Source: Octopus vulgaris
Taxonomy: Eukaryota
Assembly (NCBI GenBank): GCA_951406725.2
Contig: OX597818.1
Coordinates: 67,642,001-67,706,000 of the forward strand
Length of the DNA stretch: 64,000 bases
Direction: 5' to 3'
The notes beneath the pieces were generated by a model. It was given only the letters and a program-made list of their open reading frames with translations. It was not told where the DNA came from and did not search any database. The number at the start of each line of letters is the position of its first letter. Positions within the stretch are counted from its first letter, which is position 1. Made by a program: the position numbers and the translations under genes. Of this stretch, positions 1-13,892 are shown one piece after another.

Positions 1-337
1 CAGAAATATTCAAAGCTTATTGGTGAATGTCATAACTGAATTACAAATACTTTGACTTATGAACGTATTCATAAATGCAATATTATTTAGATCAATATTT
101 ATTTTTCATACGTGGGCTGTTTGCGTAGAAAGGAACTATTAACGTTGTAAATAATCAAGTATTTCACACGCAGAATTTAGTAAAGGTAATCAAAACATTT
201 TCGTAACGTAACTGTGTTCTTGAAATTCTACGACATGTTGCTGGAAATAATTGAATAATCAGAGTTAAATATACTAGCAGAAAGATTTCAATTCAGCAAG
301 CCATCTGTAAGCTTTGCAGTGTGTGTAAGAGAGAGAG

Positions 338-368
<31 letters not shown>

Positions 369-908
369 CGGGAGCGAAAGAACATTACTAACAATGAATG
401 AAATAAAGAATGAATGAAAGAATCGCATCAATAAAGGGGAATTACTACAGATGTATACCCCCCCCCCCGCCACTGACTGTGTTGCCTCGTAACATCCAGA
501 AAAATGGATACTTTTTATCAAAAATCTTCTATAAATACCGCATAGGGGTTGTGACTTCAGTGTATAGAGGAATTTATGGGAAAGAATTTTTCCGACGGGG
601 TGGAGAGAGGAGTTTCAGAAAATTCCCACAATCTTTTATCCCTCATAACTTTCAGGACAATCGGTATCTTTTAATGAAAATTTATACAAATCGCCTTACA
701 AACGGCATAGATTACGATTATAAAGAAATCTTTGAGCAAAATTCTTTCGGGAGTTTTGTCCCTTTTTTTTAAAGATCACAGTCTTCGAAATGATGGGGGG
801 TGAGTTGGGCATCAGTGAGTGAAAAATGTTTTGAAAAATCTCTTTGATATACACCCACTCCCTCATCATCCCACTCCGGACCTACTTTGGTCAATTCTTT
901 TTGCTCTC

Positions 909-1051
909 CTTCTTCTTCTTCTTCTTCTTCTTCTTCTTCTTCTTCTTCTTCTTCTTCTTCTTCTTCTTCTTCTTCTTCTTCTTCTTCTTCTTCTTCTTCT
1001 TCTTCTTCTTCTTCTTCTTCTGCTTCTTCTTCAACATTAACTTCTCCTCTC

Positions 1052-1130
<79 letters not shown>
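909..1130. repeat. (CTT)n followed by (CTA)n microsatellites
   Basis: Pure trinucleotide runs at ~909-1032 and ~1052-1130; they explain the poly-L/F/S/T ORFs in the track. Confidence 0.97.
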
Positions 1131-1956
1131 ATGTTCTTTTTGCTTACACTTCTCCATATGTCAGCGGTGATCGAACAGAACTATAGTAATTGTGATATTC
1201 TGGGAATTATAAAATGTAATCTAGCGATCTGTTTTTCTAAAGGATGTTGTTGCTCTAATCACAGGTGTTATATAACTCTATCACTCTTTACTCAAGAAAC
1301 AGATTGAGTGATTCATCTATGCTTGCCTTAGAATGATCGAAATCGACTTTAGGCGTCCAGTTGTTATCTTTATTTCGTATTATCTCACATTTATATCGCA
1401 AATATAACAGATTTTATTCCTTGTAGAAAGTTGATCGCAAGCAAATACCAATACGGCTGTTTATCTAAATATCTCCCAGCCTACACTAAACTTTATATAT
1501 AGTTCTTTGTCTCCAGATCAACTTTCTTCCGAAATCTCGCTGTTTATGTATTTTTTTAAGGCGTTAATTAGCAACTGTTTCAGGAGAAATTTTAGAGTAA
1601 GTTGAAGATTCATGGACGAAACTAATTCTTCCAGAATCAGCGATAAAGTGTATATCCCTACAAGGTCTCTCGTCAGCAAATCAGAGACAGCTCTAATAAT
1701 CATTCAAGTGTCTCTTAAGTAGCAATCCAATTGTCACTAAGCTGCTCGCTCTCGTCTTAGAAAATGAAAGGCAAAGTAAATATTGTTGCTCCAGATGTAT
1801 TTCTGCCAACAACAGATAAAATGTCATGGCTGCAAAGATATTGGAGACAAACACAGCCTAAATAGAGATAAGGTGAGATTAAACAACGCCGGTAAAACGG
1901 AATATTCTCATGCAATATACTACAACTCACATTATCTAATTACGTGTCTTTATAAA

Positions 1957-2302
1957 TGCAGTACGATATATTTAAATATAAGAAGAAAATAGAGAAATTG
2001 ACGAGAAGACATCAGTTTCATTGAGGATATTCAAATCCATATAATAAAATTCCTGTCCTATAGCCGATTCCATATCCAATTAGTTCAATGCAGGAATTAA
2101 ATTAAATCAAATTAAATTAATTTAATCTATTTTAATTTAATTTCCGTAACTGAACTAATTGGATATGGAAACGGCTGTAGGACTGGAATTTCATTATATT
2201 GATTTCAATATCTTCAAAGTAACTGACGTCCGCATCTCAGTTTTTCCATTTTCTACGTGTTCTCATTCATAAACATTTTAAATATCTAAATATATTACTG
2301 CA
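1957..2302. mobile_element. Fold-back (palindromic) MITE-like element
   Basis: The left half is the imperfect reverse complement of the right half around ATTAAATT|AATTTAAT (~2118). For example, TTCCATATCCAATTAGTTCA pairs with TGAACTAATTGGATATGGAA. The termini read TGCAGTA...TACTGCA. Confidence 0.7.
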
Positions 2303-2423
2303 AAACTTATATATTTAGTTTTCACGGAACAATGGTATAAACCAGAGGACAAGGGTGCATCCTTTCAGCAATAATAGGTCCTTCATACTATTGTATAAAT
2401 ATATATTCCATTATTCTTCTATT

Positions 2424-2627
2424 TCTTTCAGTCATGTGACTGCGGCCATGCTAGGGTACTGCCTTTAGTCGAACAAATCACCCCAAGGACTTATTCTTTG
2501 TAAGGCTAGTACTTATTCTATCTGTCTCTTTTCCCGAACCGCTAAGTTACGGTGACATAAACATATTAGCATCGGTTGCCTGTGATGCCGGGACATATAC
2601 ACACTCACAGGCACACACACACACACA

Positions 2628-2686
<59 letters not shown>

Positions 2687-2840
2687 GATATCTACGACAG
2701 GCTTCTTTCAGTTTTCCTCTACCAGATCCACTTATAAGGCTTTGGTCGACACGACCCATAGTAGAAGACACTAGGTGCCACGCAGTGGGACTGAATCAGG
2801 AACTATGTGGTTGGTAAGCAAGCTTCTTACCACACAGCCA
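2424..2840 (-). mobile_element. tRNA-derived SINE with internal (CA)n/(TA)n
   Basis: Minus-strand head TGGCTGTGTGGTAAGAAGC...GATTCAGTCCCACTGCGTGGCACC carries A-box- and B-box-like motifs. A tail fragment GACTGCGGCCAT recurs at ~60886-60907. Confidence 0.75.
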
Positions 2841-2843
2841 CAT

Positions 2844-2887
<44 letters not shown>

Positions 2888-3074
2888 TTACAAAGAAGCA
2901 TACATAATATACATACACACACACACATATATAGATATATAGATATATATATATATATATATATATATGCATATTGACAAACACAAAAATATATATAAAT
3001 ATTCATGTTCATATATACTTATATATGTGTGTGTGTGTATGTGTGTATATGTGTTGTGTGGGTGGACGCGCGCC

Positions 3075-3285
3075 TACGAGGGTTTACTGAAACTCTCCTG
3101 ACTTTAGGTAAAAGAAAATGGAAGAGGATCAGTTAATTATGATAATATCGAAAATATTCCCCTCACAGATTTAAATATATATGGCAGCGGTCCTCCAATT
3201 TTGTAAGCCCTGTAAAGAATAAAAGAACTCCGAAGTCTGGGCCTCCAACTAGGCTTCTCGTGATTACCTTAAAGCCAGGAGCTCT
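3075..3285 (-). mobile_element. mariner 3'-end remnant (TIR plus transposase C-terminus)
   Basis: TACGAGGGTTTACTGAAA is a mariner-type terminus. The minus strand reads FFTGLTKLEDRCHIYLNL*GEYF, matching the mariner C-terminal consensus (G..KL..RW.KC...GEYFE). Confidence 0.7.
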
Positions 3286-4694
3286 ATATATTTAGCTGTG
3301 TGGTTCGCTTCTAATCTACACGATTCAGAATTCTGTTCAGAGCAGGAGTTATCTGTGATAACTGCTATTATGGAAAACACACCAAAATATCAAACGTCAT
3401 CTACTTAGGTAACCTTCCGTAACTTAATCGGTGAGCCCCTTAAATCTGTTAAGGTTTAAAGGGCTCAACATGCCTGTGTGTCCCAATTGCCAGTACACTA
3501 AATATGCAGTCATGAATCTTGTACACATAATGGGCTGTAACACTCCGCAGAAGGAAAAAATTGAATTTTTAAAACGAATAGTGTATTTCACTAAAGAGGA
3601 TTTATTTGTATTCGATACAATCAACAGGAACTAAACAAGCTTGATAGCATCATGTTCCCATTTAATCACCATATTTTAATAGTAAAAGACAAATAGCCAA
3701 CACTTCTACATGAGTCAGTGCTATGAGTCAGAAGAATCTAATGATATATTTCTTCCAATTTAGATAATTCTAGCTACCATTATCTTGTTTGAATTTCAAA
3801 TGACTAACATCGAAATTGGTTAAGATATTTAAGACTTTTCTAAAAGCAGAGATTTGTCTAAGTCATTGAAATCCTCCTTCAAATATGAAGTTTAAATAGC
3901 AGTTAAAATGCTAATGCGTAAATCTATTTTCTGCGAAGATATATTAGCAGATTAAGGATGACTTCTTAAATGTTGCTAACCAGTCTGAAAAGGAAAATGT
4001 GTAATATTTAGATTGACTACAGAGGGTTGTTGTTTCTAGGTTGCCATTTATTCTTGAGTAAACACAAACAGAACATTTTGATATCATTTATCAATATAGC
4101 AACGTATATACAAACACTTATAAGCAAATAAAGATAACCATGAATTAGAAATGAAATCAAATCTATCCGTCTCAAACTATAATAAATATATTTGAAGAAG
4201 ACAGATTACAAATCTCCTGTAAAATAATTTCGTCTGGCATTTTGTAATGTTAGCATAATTCTCAAATGTTTCTGAAATTCTAGATATTTTTCCAGGGGCG
4301 TCCGAAAGAGAAGCTTCCATAGGAAAATTTGATACTTCATAAAGTAAATGAATATAGATCCTAAATAAGAATTATTTTCCCATAGAAAAACCAGCGCCGA
4401 AAAAGATAAGAAATGAAATAAAAAGCCCTTAGTTGTGTGCATGTCAGAATATATGAAGTATTCTGCTTAAAATCGTTTTACCTTCAACTCGAGAGAAATT
4501 AGCCTGTCACTTTAAACTTATATTTACGCATAAAAAAGGCTACCTCTCTCCCTCCCTATATATATTTGTATGTGTGTGTCTGTATTTGTGTGTGTGTGTG
4601 TGTGTATGTATATAACCATCCGTCTATTTATATTTATCAATATCTCTCAGTGTCTCTCTGTTTCTGTCTATCTGTCTACGTATCTATCTCTCTG

Positions 4695-4725
<31 letters not shown>

Positions 4726-4742
4726 TATATATATATATATAC

Positions 4743-4802
<60 letters not shown>

Positions 4803-5849
4803 ATACATACAATTATGTATATGTATATACGTGAGTCAGTATGTTTGTGTGCGCAGATTGTGCATGCATGTATTAATTCATGTTTTTACACCTGAGCAAT
4901 TTCTTCTCCCTATTTTTTCTAATCCTTTAAGCAATTTATATATATACCTCATTTTCTAAAACCTATTATGCAATGCAAAAAACTCACTCTCATCATAGCC
5001 ATCAAGTATTCTTGATAAAACTTTAAAAAAACATAAGTTTTTTTTTCTCTGTGAATTACTGCAAACATTTTCCGTCCATGAATATCTTATAGATATCAGA
5101 TTATATAATTGCAAGCCTACATAACAATAGATATTTTTCTCATGACTAAATCAGAGAAAGGAACATAACATCTCTATTCCTCTTTTCAGATATTCACAGC
5201 CTTAGAAAGTGATGTTCCGAAAGATGTTAGCCTCAGATCGGTGGAATAACTCTTCTGAATGCGTGACTCAGTTCGACCTCTGCTAAAGACACCCAAGTTA
5301 TCCGGTAGTGGGGATAAACCGGATGAAGGATAACCAAACTCGGAAATAGTTCCGCTGACGTATAACATGCTTGGTTTTCCACTTTTCATCAACCAAATTT
5401 TAGTAACAAATTTGATATTGAAGTATTAGTATAACATTTACTACCAAAGAAAATCTATAATATTCAACCTATATTGTATTGTGGGGTTCGATTGTGACCC
5501 AGTGATAAAGTGATCAACAAAACAATTATATAAGTAATATCAGTTTTATATTCTGAACTAATTTACAAACTCAGCGTCATATTATCTCATTCTGGGGGTG
5601 TGATTGGCTTGACTAAAATGTCCGTTGAGTATTCTAAGCGACACCAATTTCCGTCATACGACCACGAGAATCACCGATATTCTCTAAATAACGTATCGAG
5701 TGTTGAAAATTTTCTGCATCAACGTAGCTAAGTCAATATGTTCTACGTTTGTGTTCCACATCAGTTGACTGAACTAATCTCACCTAAAAGATTGCCCACT
5801 TCAATTCAGTGCACAATCGAGAAGAAGTTTTAAACACCGAGCGATATAT

Positions 5850-6960
5850 TCAGTCAGTAATATAATTACCATTTCATTCCAGAATCTTCTGTCATCTCGT
5901 AGTCTGATCCATTATTTCGGCTGAAAGAATTTCTTGTCTTTCCTGGCAAAAGCCATTACGAGGTGAAGTTTTACATCGGCTTCAGAGTTCAAGCTATGTG
6001 AATGCCATCAATTTTAAAAATACCGATTAAGACTGATGAACGTTGATATCTGTAGGCCCAAGGTGGAATCAAATAAGGAAGATGCGGGAAAAACTTTTCA
6101 GCCAAGAACCCAGTCACCTGTGCCACGTCGGCAAAGATGTGGGCGGTCTGATATTGTCGTGAAGACAGACAATAGACTTATGATTAGCTAGTGCGGATTC
6201 TGGTGGATTACTGCGTTTAATTTTTCCAGCTGGTCACCCTTATCATCCGTTGATGGCCCTGTCCGTGGAAAGAAGACCGTAAAAGACAAAACCCTTTTAT
6301 TTTCATCAAACTCACGGCATAACCTTCTTCGGGTGAAGTCTTCCTTTAGAGATTGATTATTGTACTTTGCCGAAATTTCCTCATGATTCTTTGCACTTCA
6401 TATTATTGTAGACGAAAGGGTTTTCATTCCCTCTTAAAATTCGTTCCTTCTTACAATTCTCATCAACGAGGATAAATTTCCTCACGATTGTGCACTAATC
6501 CAAGAGGGCAATCTTTCGGCCGAGATTAGCTCAATTCACCTGATGTGCAATTCTGACAGAACTCCGTTGATGTACATAATTATCAACACTTGATGCGGGC
6601 ATTTAGGGAATCACTGTGATTATCGCTGTCGCGTAACGGAGGTTAATATCGCTGATAATCTCAGTTCGCCGATCAGAGTGAGTTTCATCTGGAATCGAAA
6701 TGTTTCCCGATCAAAGTGTTCAAAATAAAGTCCGACAGACCCGTTTCGTAACAATACTCTCTCTGTACACAGCGCATATCTTCCTGCAGATTTCCGCCGT
6801 TTTCTTGTCTCTTAAAAAAAAACCATACTCTCTTTGGTTCACCATTTTCAGAGTCGACCCATGTGCACCAAATACAACCTGTCTCATCACAGTTTGGGTC
6901 GAACTACGGTGAGTATCAAACAAGTGGGCATGCACAATGGACAGGCTATAGTTACTTATT
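5850..6960 (-). pseudogene. Decayed mariner transposase
   Basis: Collinear motifs on the minus strand with stops and frameshifts: KTAEICRKICAVYRESIVTKRVCRTLF (HTH), HDNIRP (~HDNARPH), LG*KVFPHLPY (~LGWEVLPHPPYSPDL), and R*QKILE*NGNYITD* at the C-terminus. Confidence 0.85.
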
Positions 6961-7204
6961 AGAGTGCTTTATGTGTACCATCGGAAAAAACCTTTTCGGC
7001 CTATATAACGTTTCTATACAAACTTTTATAAGCAACGGTTATGGCGTATTCCGAACTGTAAACCATATACAAACATTAACTTATTTAAGGGTGGTAAAAC
7101 ATTTTTGAACAAATTAATAGAAATGATTCACGCACAAAGACACACACATATATACACACACACAAACCCAGATATTATATATATATATATGTATACGCAA
7201 ATAC

Positions 7205-7253
<49 letters not shown>

Positions 7254-7383
7254 TGTAAATATATACATATATATACACACATACATACATATTTATATAC
7301 ATATATATGTGTGTATATATATATCTTTATATGCATATATATATATATATGTAAATATATACATACATGCATACATACATACA

Positions 7384-7448
<65 letters not shown>

Positions 7449-8161
7449 CTATGTGCAAGCACACATACACATACAGATACGCATACGTAACGAAGCAAGT
7501 CCATGAATCACGAGATTTGCCCTTGGAAACACTAAGAGTGTTTATCTAGAAAAATGACAATAGTAACAAGAATATTTAAATTGTTGCACGCATTATTCAA
7601 CTATATTCTTTCATAAAGTAAAAAAGATATGTGCCTGAAAGCAATTTCCTTCTCTCCACTCGACTTCTTAATCGTAAATTCTCATCAAATATTGAGAATA
7701 AATTGAAAATTCTCAAGGGAATAATGTAATAAATTTAAATTGCTTCCAGGTATGTGTTTCACACTCCTTCGTGCTTCTTAAAGCAGAGTAGATTGGGTTT
7801 AATACGGTTTCGAACTTTCAGATTATAATGGAGATATAACAGTGCAAACTGACGTAGTATTTTTTCTTTTCTCCGCCGTTGAAGCAGTTTAGACTATCTT
7901 GGCAATGATAACACTGATGAAATGTAATACTGTGTCAAATGAGACCTAAAAATTTGTTGACTCACAGTTTAAACACTTTTAATGTAAAACATTTCGTTGC
8001 GTTTGCGGCGTTTATTTCAGAGAGATTTTGTCTTTCTTTTTGGCTGAAGAATATTCGGGAACACTGGTGATGTATGATTATACGTCTGTGGTCTAATTTT
8101 ATTCACTTTCAAATTCGGTGTCGGTTAAAGTATTCAGTGAACGAAACCAATATTGTGTGTG

Positions 8162-8219
<58 letters not shown>

Positions 8220-8233
8220 CATACATACACACA

Positions 8234-8317
<84 letters not shown>

Positions 8318-8661
8318 ATGATATGTAACTGTAAGATCCAAGTTAGTAAGCTTCGATCGATCCGTAGAAGTTATACAAAAGAACTTTCAAGAACAGGGAT
8401 ATTTTCATTGATGTAGAAGGTTATAGGTTTTTCCTATATCGAAGTTAAATAAACTGAAAAAAAATCTATTTTGAATAACATCTGCGCCGACTCAATTTGA
8501 GAACCGTTGGCGACAATGCAACCTTCATTTAATGAAGATGTTTTAGGCTTGAAACAGTATCTAGTAGAGTACCCCACGCTGAGTAGTTATTAATTTCGGT
8601 GTTTTGGTGGCAAGGAAACATATGTAGCCTTGCTTTTACCAGCTACATTGCCTCAATTTGG

Positions 8662-8719
<58 letters not shown>

Positions 8720-8720
<1 letters not shown>

Positions 8721-9050
8721 GGTTTAAGTAATTGAGATTCAAGTGAGTTCTAATGAATTCACATGAATATGGTCCTTAACATGGATAAACCGGAAATCTA
8801 TATGGTGTTAACCATACGACAAGTGGGGTGATTACAAATAGGAAAAAAGCAACAAGAATGGGTTAAAATATCGGTACAATTGTTTCGTACGAGGGCATCT
8901 TTAATAAGCTACAAAAAATGCAGTGAATATAGATGGCTCGTACTCTTACTCGTACGAGCCATCTTTATTCACTGCATTTTTTGTAGCTTATTAAAGATGT
9001 CCTCGTACGAAACAATTGTACCGATATTTTAACCCATTCTTGTTGCTTTT

Positions 9051-9054
<4 letters not shown>
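8720..9054 (-). mobile_element. Non-autonomous Penelope-like pseudo-LTR insertion with ~100-bp inverted duplication
   Basis: Arms ~8843-8943 and 8952-9051 are near-perfect inverted repeats, flanked on both sides by (TA)n. It contains a long stem followed by GAAACAATTGTA (hammerhead 3' half). A related copy lies at 45248-45565. Confidence 0.65.
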
Positions 9055-9119
<65 letters not shown>

Positions 9120-9260
9120 GTGGAACAATGAGAACGAGGGCTCAACACTTTATTGCTGGATAACATTTCTTTATTTGTGTATTAAGGCCACCATTGGTTC
9201 CATGTTACGAGAAACATCTTAATACCTTCAGAATTTTGAAGCCGATCACATGAAGAAATT

Positions 9261-10283
9261 GTGTTTGTCTCCATTTTGGATGAAAACATGAAAAGTTTCG
9301 GGAAAAATTTCGGGAATCCACGAAAGTGTCTCAGGGATGAAAATGAATGCCATGCGACAGCTCTATCCTATATGATATGGTCATTGAAAGAAAGAGGGAT
9401 AAGCAAGCCTTGGATAGCATAGAGCATCATTGCTAAAGCTAGAAAATACAGGTGATGAGGTAACAAATGTGAGCTCTGTATCAGTGTAAAGCTAAATATC
9501 ATAGTCAACAGACAACATCTTTAAAGTTAGGGTTGAAACCTTCTCTCTTTGCATACACAATATTTCACACATAACATATCAAAAAGGAACCACCACCCAC
9601 GCCGCTATTCCTAGAAGAATAGTCCCCTTTCTTGAGCGTGAACATTGAATATATACAACACGTGAACTCCACACAGAAGGTACGTGGCCCTCCTAATGAA
9701 GTCTCTCGGGACACAAACATACGGACGTCACATATACACACAATATAATATAATATAATATAATATAATATAATATAATATAATATAATATAATATAATA
9801 TAATATAATACGTGGCAATGGCGCAGTGGTTAGGGCAGCGGACTCGCGGTCGGAGGATCGCGGTTTCGATTCCCAGACCGGGCGTTGTGTGTGTTTATTG
9901 AGCGAAAACACCTAAAAGCTCCACGAGCCTCCGGCAGGGGGTGGTGATCCCTGCTGTACTCTTTCACCACTCTTTCTTCTGTTGGCCTGCTCGCTTAGCC
10001 AGCGGGGTGGCGTCATTCAAAGGCTAAAACAATGCGAACGCATTGTGACCAGCGATGTGTAACAACCTCTGATGGTCTAGTCGGTCACGTGATCACGTGA
10101 TAATATAATACAAATTCACAATCCAACACAGTTTTTCCCCAAAAGTCAACCTCAAGGGCGATTATCACTAAAAAGATGTCATCCAAGTATAGTGCCCCTC
10201 GTTTAAATTACGAAACTTTTTCGTGAATTCCCGAGATTTTTCACTATATTTTTCGTGTTTTAATCCAAAATAGAGACGAATAC
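9261..10283. mobile_element. Non-autonomous DNA transposon with ~65-bp imperfect terminal inverted repeats (SINE nested inside)
   Basis: 9261-9325 (GTGTTTGTCTCCATTTTGGATGAAAACATGAAAA...CGGGAATCCACGAAA) is the reverse complement of 10218-10283 (TTTCGTGAATTCCCG...TTTTCGTGTTTTAATCCAAAATAGAGACGAATAC). No TSD was identified. Confidence 0.55.
9812..10101 (+). mobile_element. Young GC-rich tRNA-derived SINE inserted in (TAATA)n
   Basis: A-box TGGCGCAGTGG, B-box-like GGTTTCGATTCCC, tail GGTCACGTGATCACGTGAT. The same tail occurs on the minus strand at 49968-50040. Confidence 0.85.
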
Positions 10284-10922
10284 CACTCCGGCTTGACGAG
10301 TTAGTCTATTGCTCGGTTTTAGCAACACTCACGAACCGTTAGTAGACCTTCTTGCTATTCGTTATGTTGCAAAGATACATAACACGCTGACGATAAATTC
10401 TGACTTTAATACTAACGAAAACCATTTGATGATTCTAACAGAAAAAGCATATGAGACTTTGCTTCATACTTTAACAAATATATATCAGTAAGAGAAGTGC
10501 AGTCCGTATCGACAGGACAACGGATGAGTAACAGATGCTACACTTTCATAAAAATAAAAATAAAAGAAATTAGAGGAATGTCTATACTATTAATGTGATA
10601 CGAAATACCGACTCTGTACCCGACAGGGTGGAATCTTATAGACTAATGTTCTCTCTGACACCAACTATTAAACAACGAAGGAGATCATTTGGCTCCGTTA
10701 GAACCACGATAATATCCTCTAGAAATTTAAGCAAACGTTTCCGTATTTTCTTTTCTTTTAGATTTAAAGTTTTACTCCGAAGAGGAGGAGGAGGAGGAGG
10801 AGAGCTAAAACTAAATTATTAGAGCTATACGGTAGAAATAGCACATTACTTAAGAACAGTATCCCTGTGTAAATATGTGTGTTTATGTGTGTAGATAAAT
10901 TCAAATATACACATATATATAC

Positions 10923-10954
<32 letters not shown>

Positions 10955-10996
10955 ACCTCTCTTTTTCTTTCTTTCTGTCTCTCTCTCTATATATAC

Positions 10997-11045
<49 letters not shown>

Positions 11046-11046
11046 A

Positions 11047-11083
<37 letters not shown>

Positions 11084-12639
11084 GAGAGAGAGAGACAGAG
11101 AGTGAGAGAGAGATTTGTGTGTTTATAAACACACAAATTTAGCAATACAATAATATGAATGTATATATAGTACGATTCATATACGCATATACGCGTATAT
11201 CTGTTCGTATGTAAATGATTATTTGTATCTTGATACATGTGTGCGTTCGTCACTCTGTGCGTGTACGTATGTGTGTGTGGCTCTGCGTGTGTGTGTGTGT
11301 TAGTAAATATACAACTTGTGCGCCAATGTTAGCTGCACTAATAAACGGCAATGAAAATACACGTTGAAACGTTGGTGATGCGGATGATAATGTTTTTCTC
11401 TGCACTGATGCTGATGCTGCCGATGATGGTAACGAGAGGGGAGTGAGATGGTGATGACTATCATTATTATTTGTCTTTGTTGTGCCAATAGCTCTTCTAC
11501 TTGCTTCAGTTAATTACCAGTGTCCTAATTGCAAGTAATTGTACGCAACCAATTGAAATGTTTATTTTCGATCTTTCTTTTTTTTTTTTCCTGTTGATCT
11601 TCTCATTTTCTTTTCTTATTTTCCCCAACCAGCTTACAGTTCAATATTATTGCCATTGAAATAGGCCCTTCTTAGGTACTGGTTGCTCTTTGAAGTAAAA
11701 TTAGTTCAGGGGAGATTTAAACTGCGCTACGTACTTAATTGCTGTATGTTAACCTCAAGCAAATGCTTCAATACAACGTGTCTCACTTTTCGTAGATTAC
11801 AGCTTCGCTTGAGAAAATAGAAATTGCACATTCATTTCATGCGTCTTTCGTTGAAAACTTTTCTGGCCACCTCTGAACTCGCTCCATTTAATAGATGTCT
11901 ACTATTATGTGAACATAATATGGTGGTGAACTTGAAGAACCGTGAGCAGTCGGGACAAAACGTTTAGAGGCATTTTGTTCGTCTTTAAGTTCTGAGTTCG
12001 CATTCCTACCAATGTGTAATTTGCCTTTCGCTATTGCAAGTTCGATAGAATAAGGACAAGTTGAATTCTGAGGGAGATGTAATCGACTGAACCCCACTTC
12101 CAGAGCTTGCTGAATTTGAAACCTAACATTATAAGGTTTCATGGTAGTGGTGGTGCTGTTGTCGGGGGTGGGGGATGACATCACGATGATGATGATGATG
12201 ATATTTGCAACTTTCAGGTAATGTTTAAATTACTGATGAGAAATAGAAAGTTTGAGACTACTTCTAAAATTCTATGAAAAAAACATTACACAAAATTTTA
12301 TAAAATTGCCGCACAATTTACAAAGCTATAAATTATCCAAATCATAGGATTAAGGAATAAATTTGGAACCTATAATCTAAAGAATACTTATACTGTTTTA
12401 CTAAACTAGAATACATATATCAAATCTAAAAAATAACACCGGAAGGAATTCCCCTAAAAATACACAAACAAAACATATTGGCAATGTAGAAAACCAAAAA
12501 GAAAAATCAAAAGAAAAAGGAACCTACTAAAATAGTAAATACAAAGGCTGAAACAGTGATTATCAGACTCTCAATAACCGGTTATTCAAAATAAAACAAA
12601 ACAAAACACCCATAAAATACCTCCTTATTTAAAAATTTT

Positions 12640-13345
12640 AAACACGTTTATTCCTATGAACACAGGAAAAAACCTCTTTCAGATTTAGAATTTAACAGCT
12701 TCGAGAAAATAAAAACAAAAATAATTCCTCAGAACAAAGATTAAAGAATTTATTCCCAATCTTATAAACCCTAAAATGTTCCATTCAATAAAGAAGGGTT
12801 TTCTATTATCTTTATGACTGCAGATGTAATTACTAAAACTTGTAGATGAAGCCCTATTTTTGTTCCCAAAGGAATTGTAATGATTCGAAACCCATTCTTA
12901 ATATATTAGCAAAAGAACCAATATGAAAGTAATTATGAACCTCAGAAATGACTTTAGCTTGATAAACAACTTCTCTACGTTTTACATAAATTTCGAAATA
13001 AACAATTTTCTTTGTTTCTACAATCACAAAGAGAATTTCTGCCCCTACTTGAACCGTCAACAATGGAATCATTATTAAGCAAACACCTATCACCCTCATT
13101 ATTATCAAAACTTATATTAGAATCCAAACTATAACTATTTGAAGAACCCATAACATTGGCAGACTTGGCATTGATCTCGCTAACATTACCTATGATATCA
13201 CGAAGACAAAAACCAAATAATTTCCTTTCATTCATAGCTCGAGAAACCGGAAAAAGATAATTCTTATCGTTTCATTTTCGAATTAATTAGTCTTGGAAAC
13301 AATTTGTAGAATCTTTATTCGATTTGTACCAACATTGCATTAAAA
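12640..13345 (-). pseudogene. Penelope-like element 3' relic: RT thumb end, linker and GIY-YIG endonuclease
   Basis: Frameshifted minus-strand segments NVGTNRIKILQ, CDCRNKENCLFRNLCK, EVVYQAKV..YFHIGS, TSFSNYI...EWNIL, FNLCSEE and LLNSKSE..SCVHRNK. These match the CxCR..CPL.G.C...VYQA...YIG...C.LC..EK...LN.RSE...C.H pattern of invertebrate PLE GIY-YIG domains. Confidence 0.75.
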
Positions 13346-13523
13346 GATCGTCTATGACTATATATCTTTTCCTTTACTTATAATTTATTTATTACTTATA
13401 TCAATACTGAATATATAGTTTTTTTATATACTCTTTGCTTGGATTATAACAGCGGACTTGCATGTTTAGCATCCCTTTAAGGTTTTTGGCCCTCACTTCT
13501 TTTTATATATATATATATATATA

Positions 13524-13892
13524 CTAGCAGTATCGCCCGGCGTTGCTCAGGTTTGTAAGGGAAATAACTATAAAGCATTTTTAGAGAGTTATAGCCAAAA
13601 AATAGCCAAAAAATGGAAAAAAAATTATGGTAAATTTTTTTGAGAGTTAAAAAGGTCGAGTCGCGTCCCCTAGACAGTCTGTGGTTTGTGTTTCTGATTC
13701 TCGACCCCATGCCGAATTTATCGATTTTTTTCAGAACTGGGGGAACTTTTCAAAATTTTCGGTGCGTTAGTTTTGAATTATGACATTGGGCTATGTGTGT
13801 GTCAAGTTTCATCAGAATCGGTTGAAAGCGGTGGTCAGGGTGAGGGTACAACCAAACAGACACACAGAAACACACACAGACAAACTGCCGTT

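Noticed and set aside
819-1186. Poly-L/F/S/T/K/V ORFs, and the many [10 protein letters not shown] and NNNN ORFs throughout the track
   Set aside because: They are translations of microsatellites, which lack stop codons in some frames; there is no coding evidence.
3431-3634. Small ORF with CPNC motif
   Set aside because: A lone CxxC in 67 aa with no further homology recognised.
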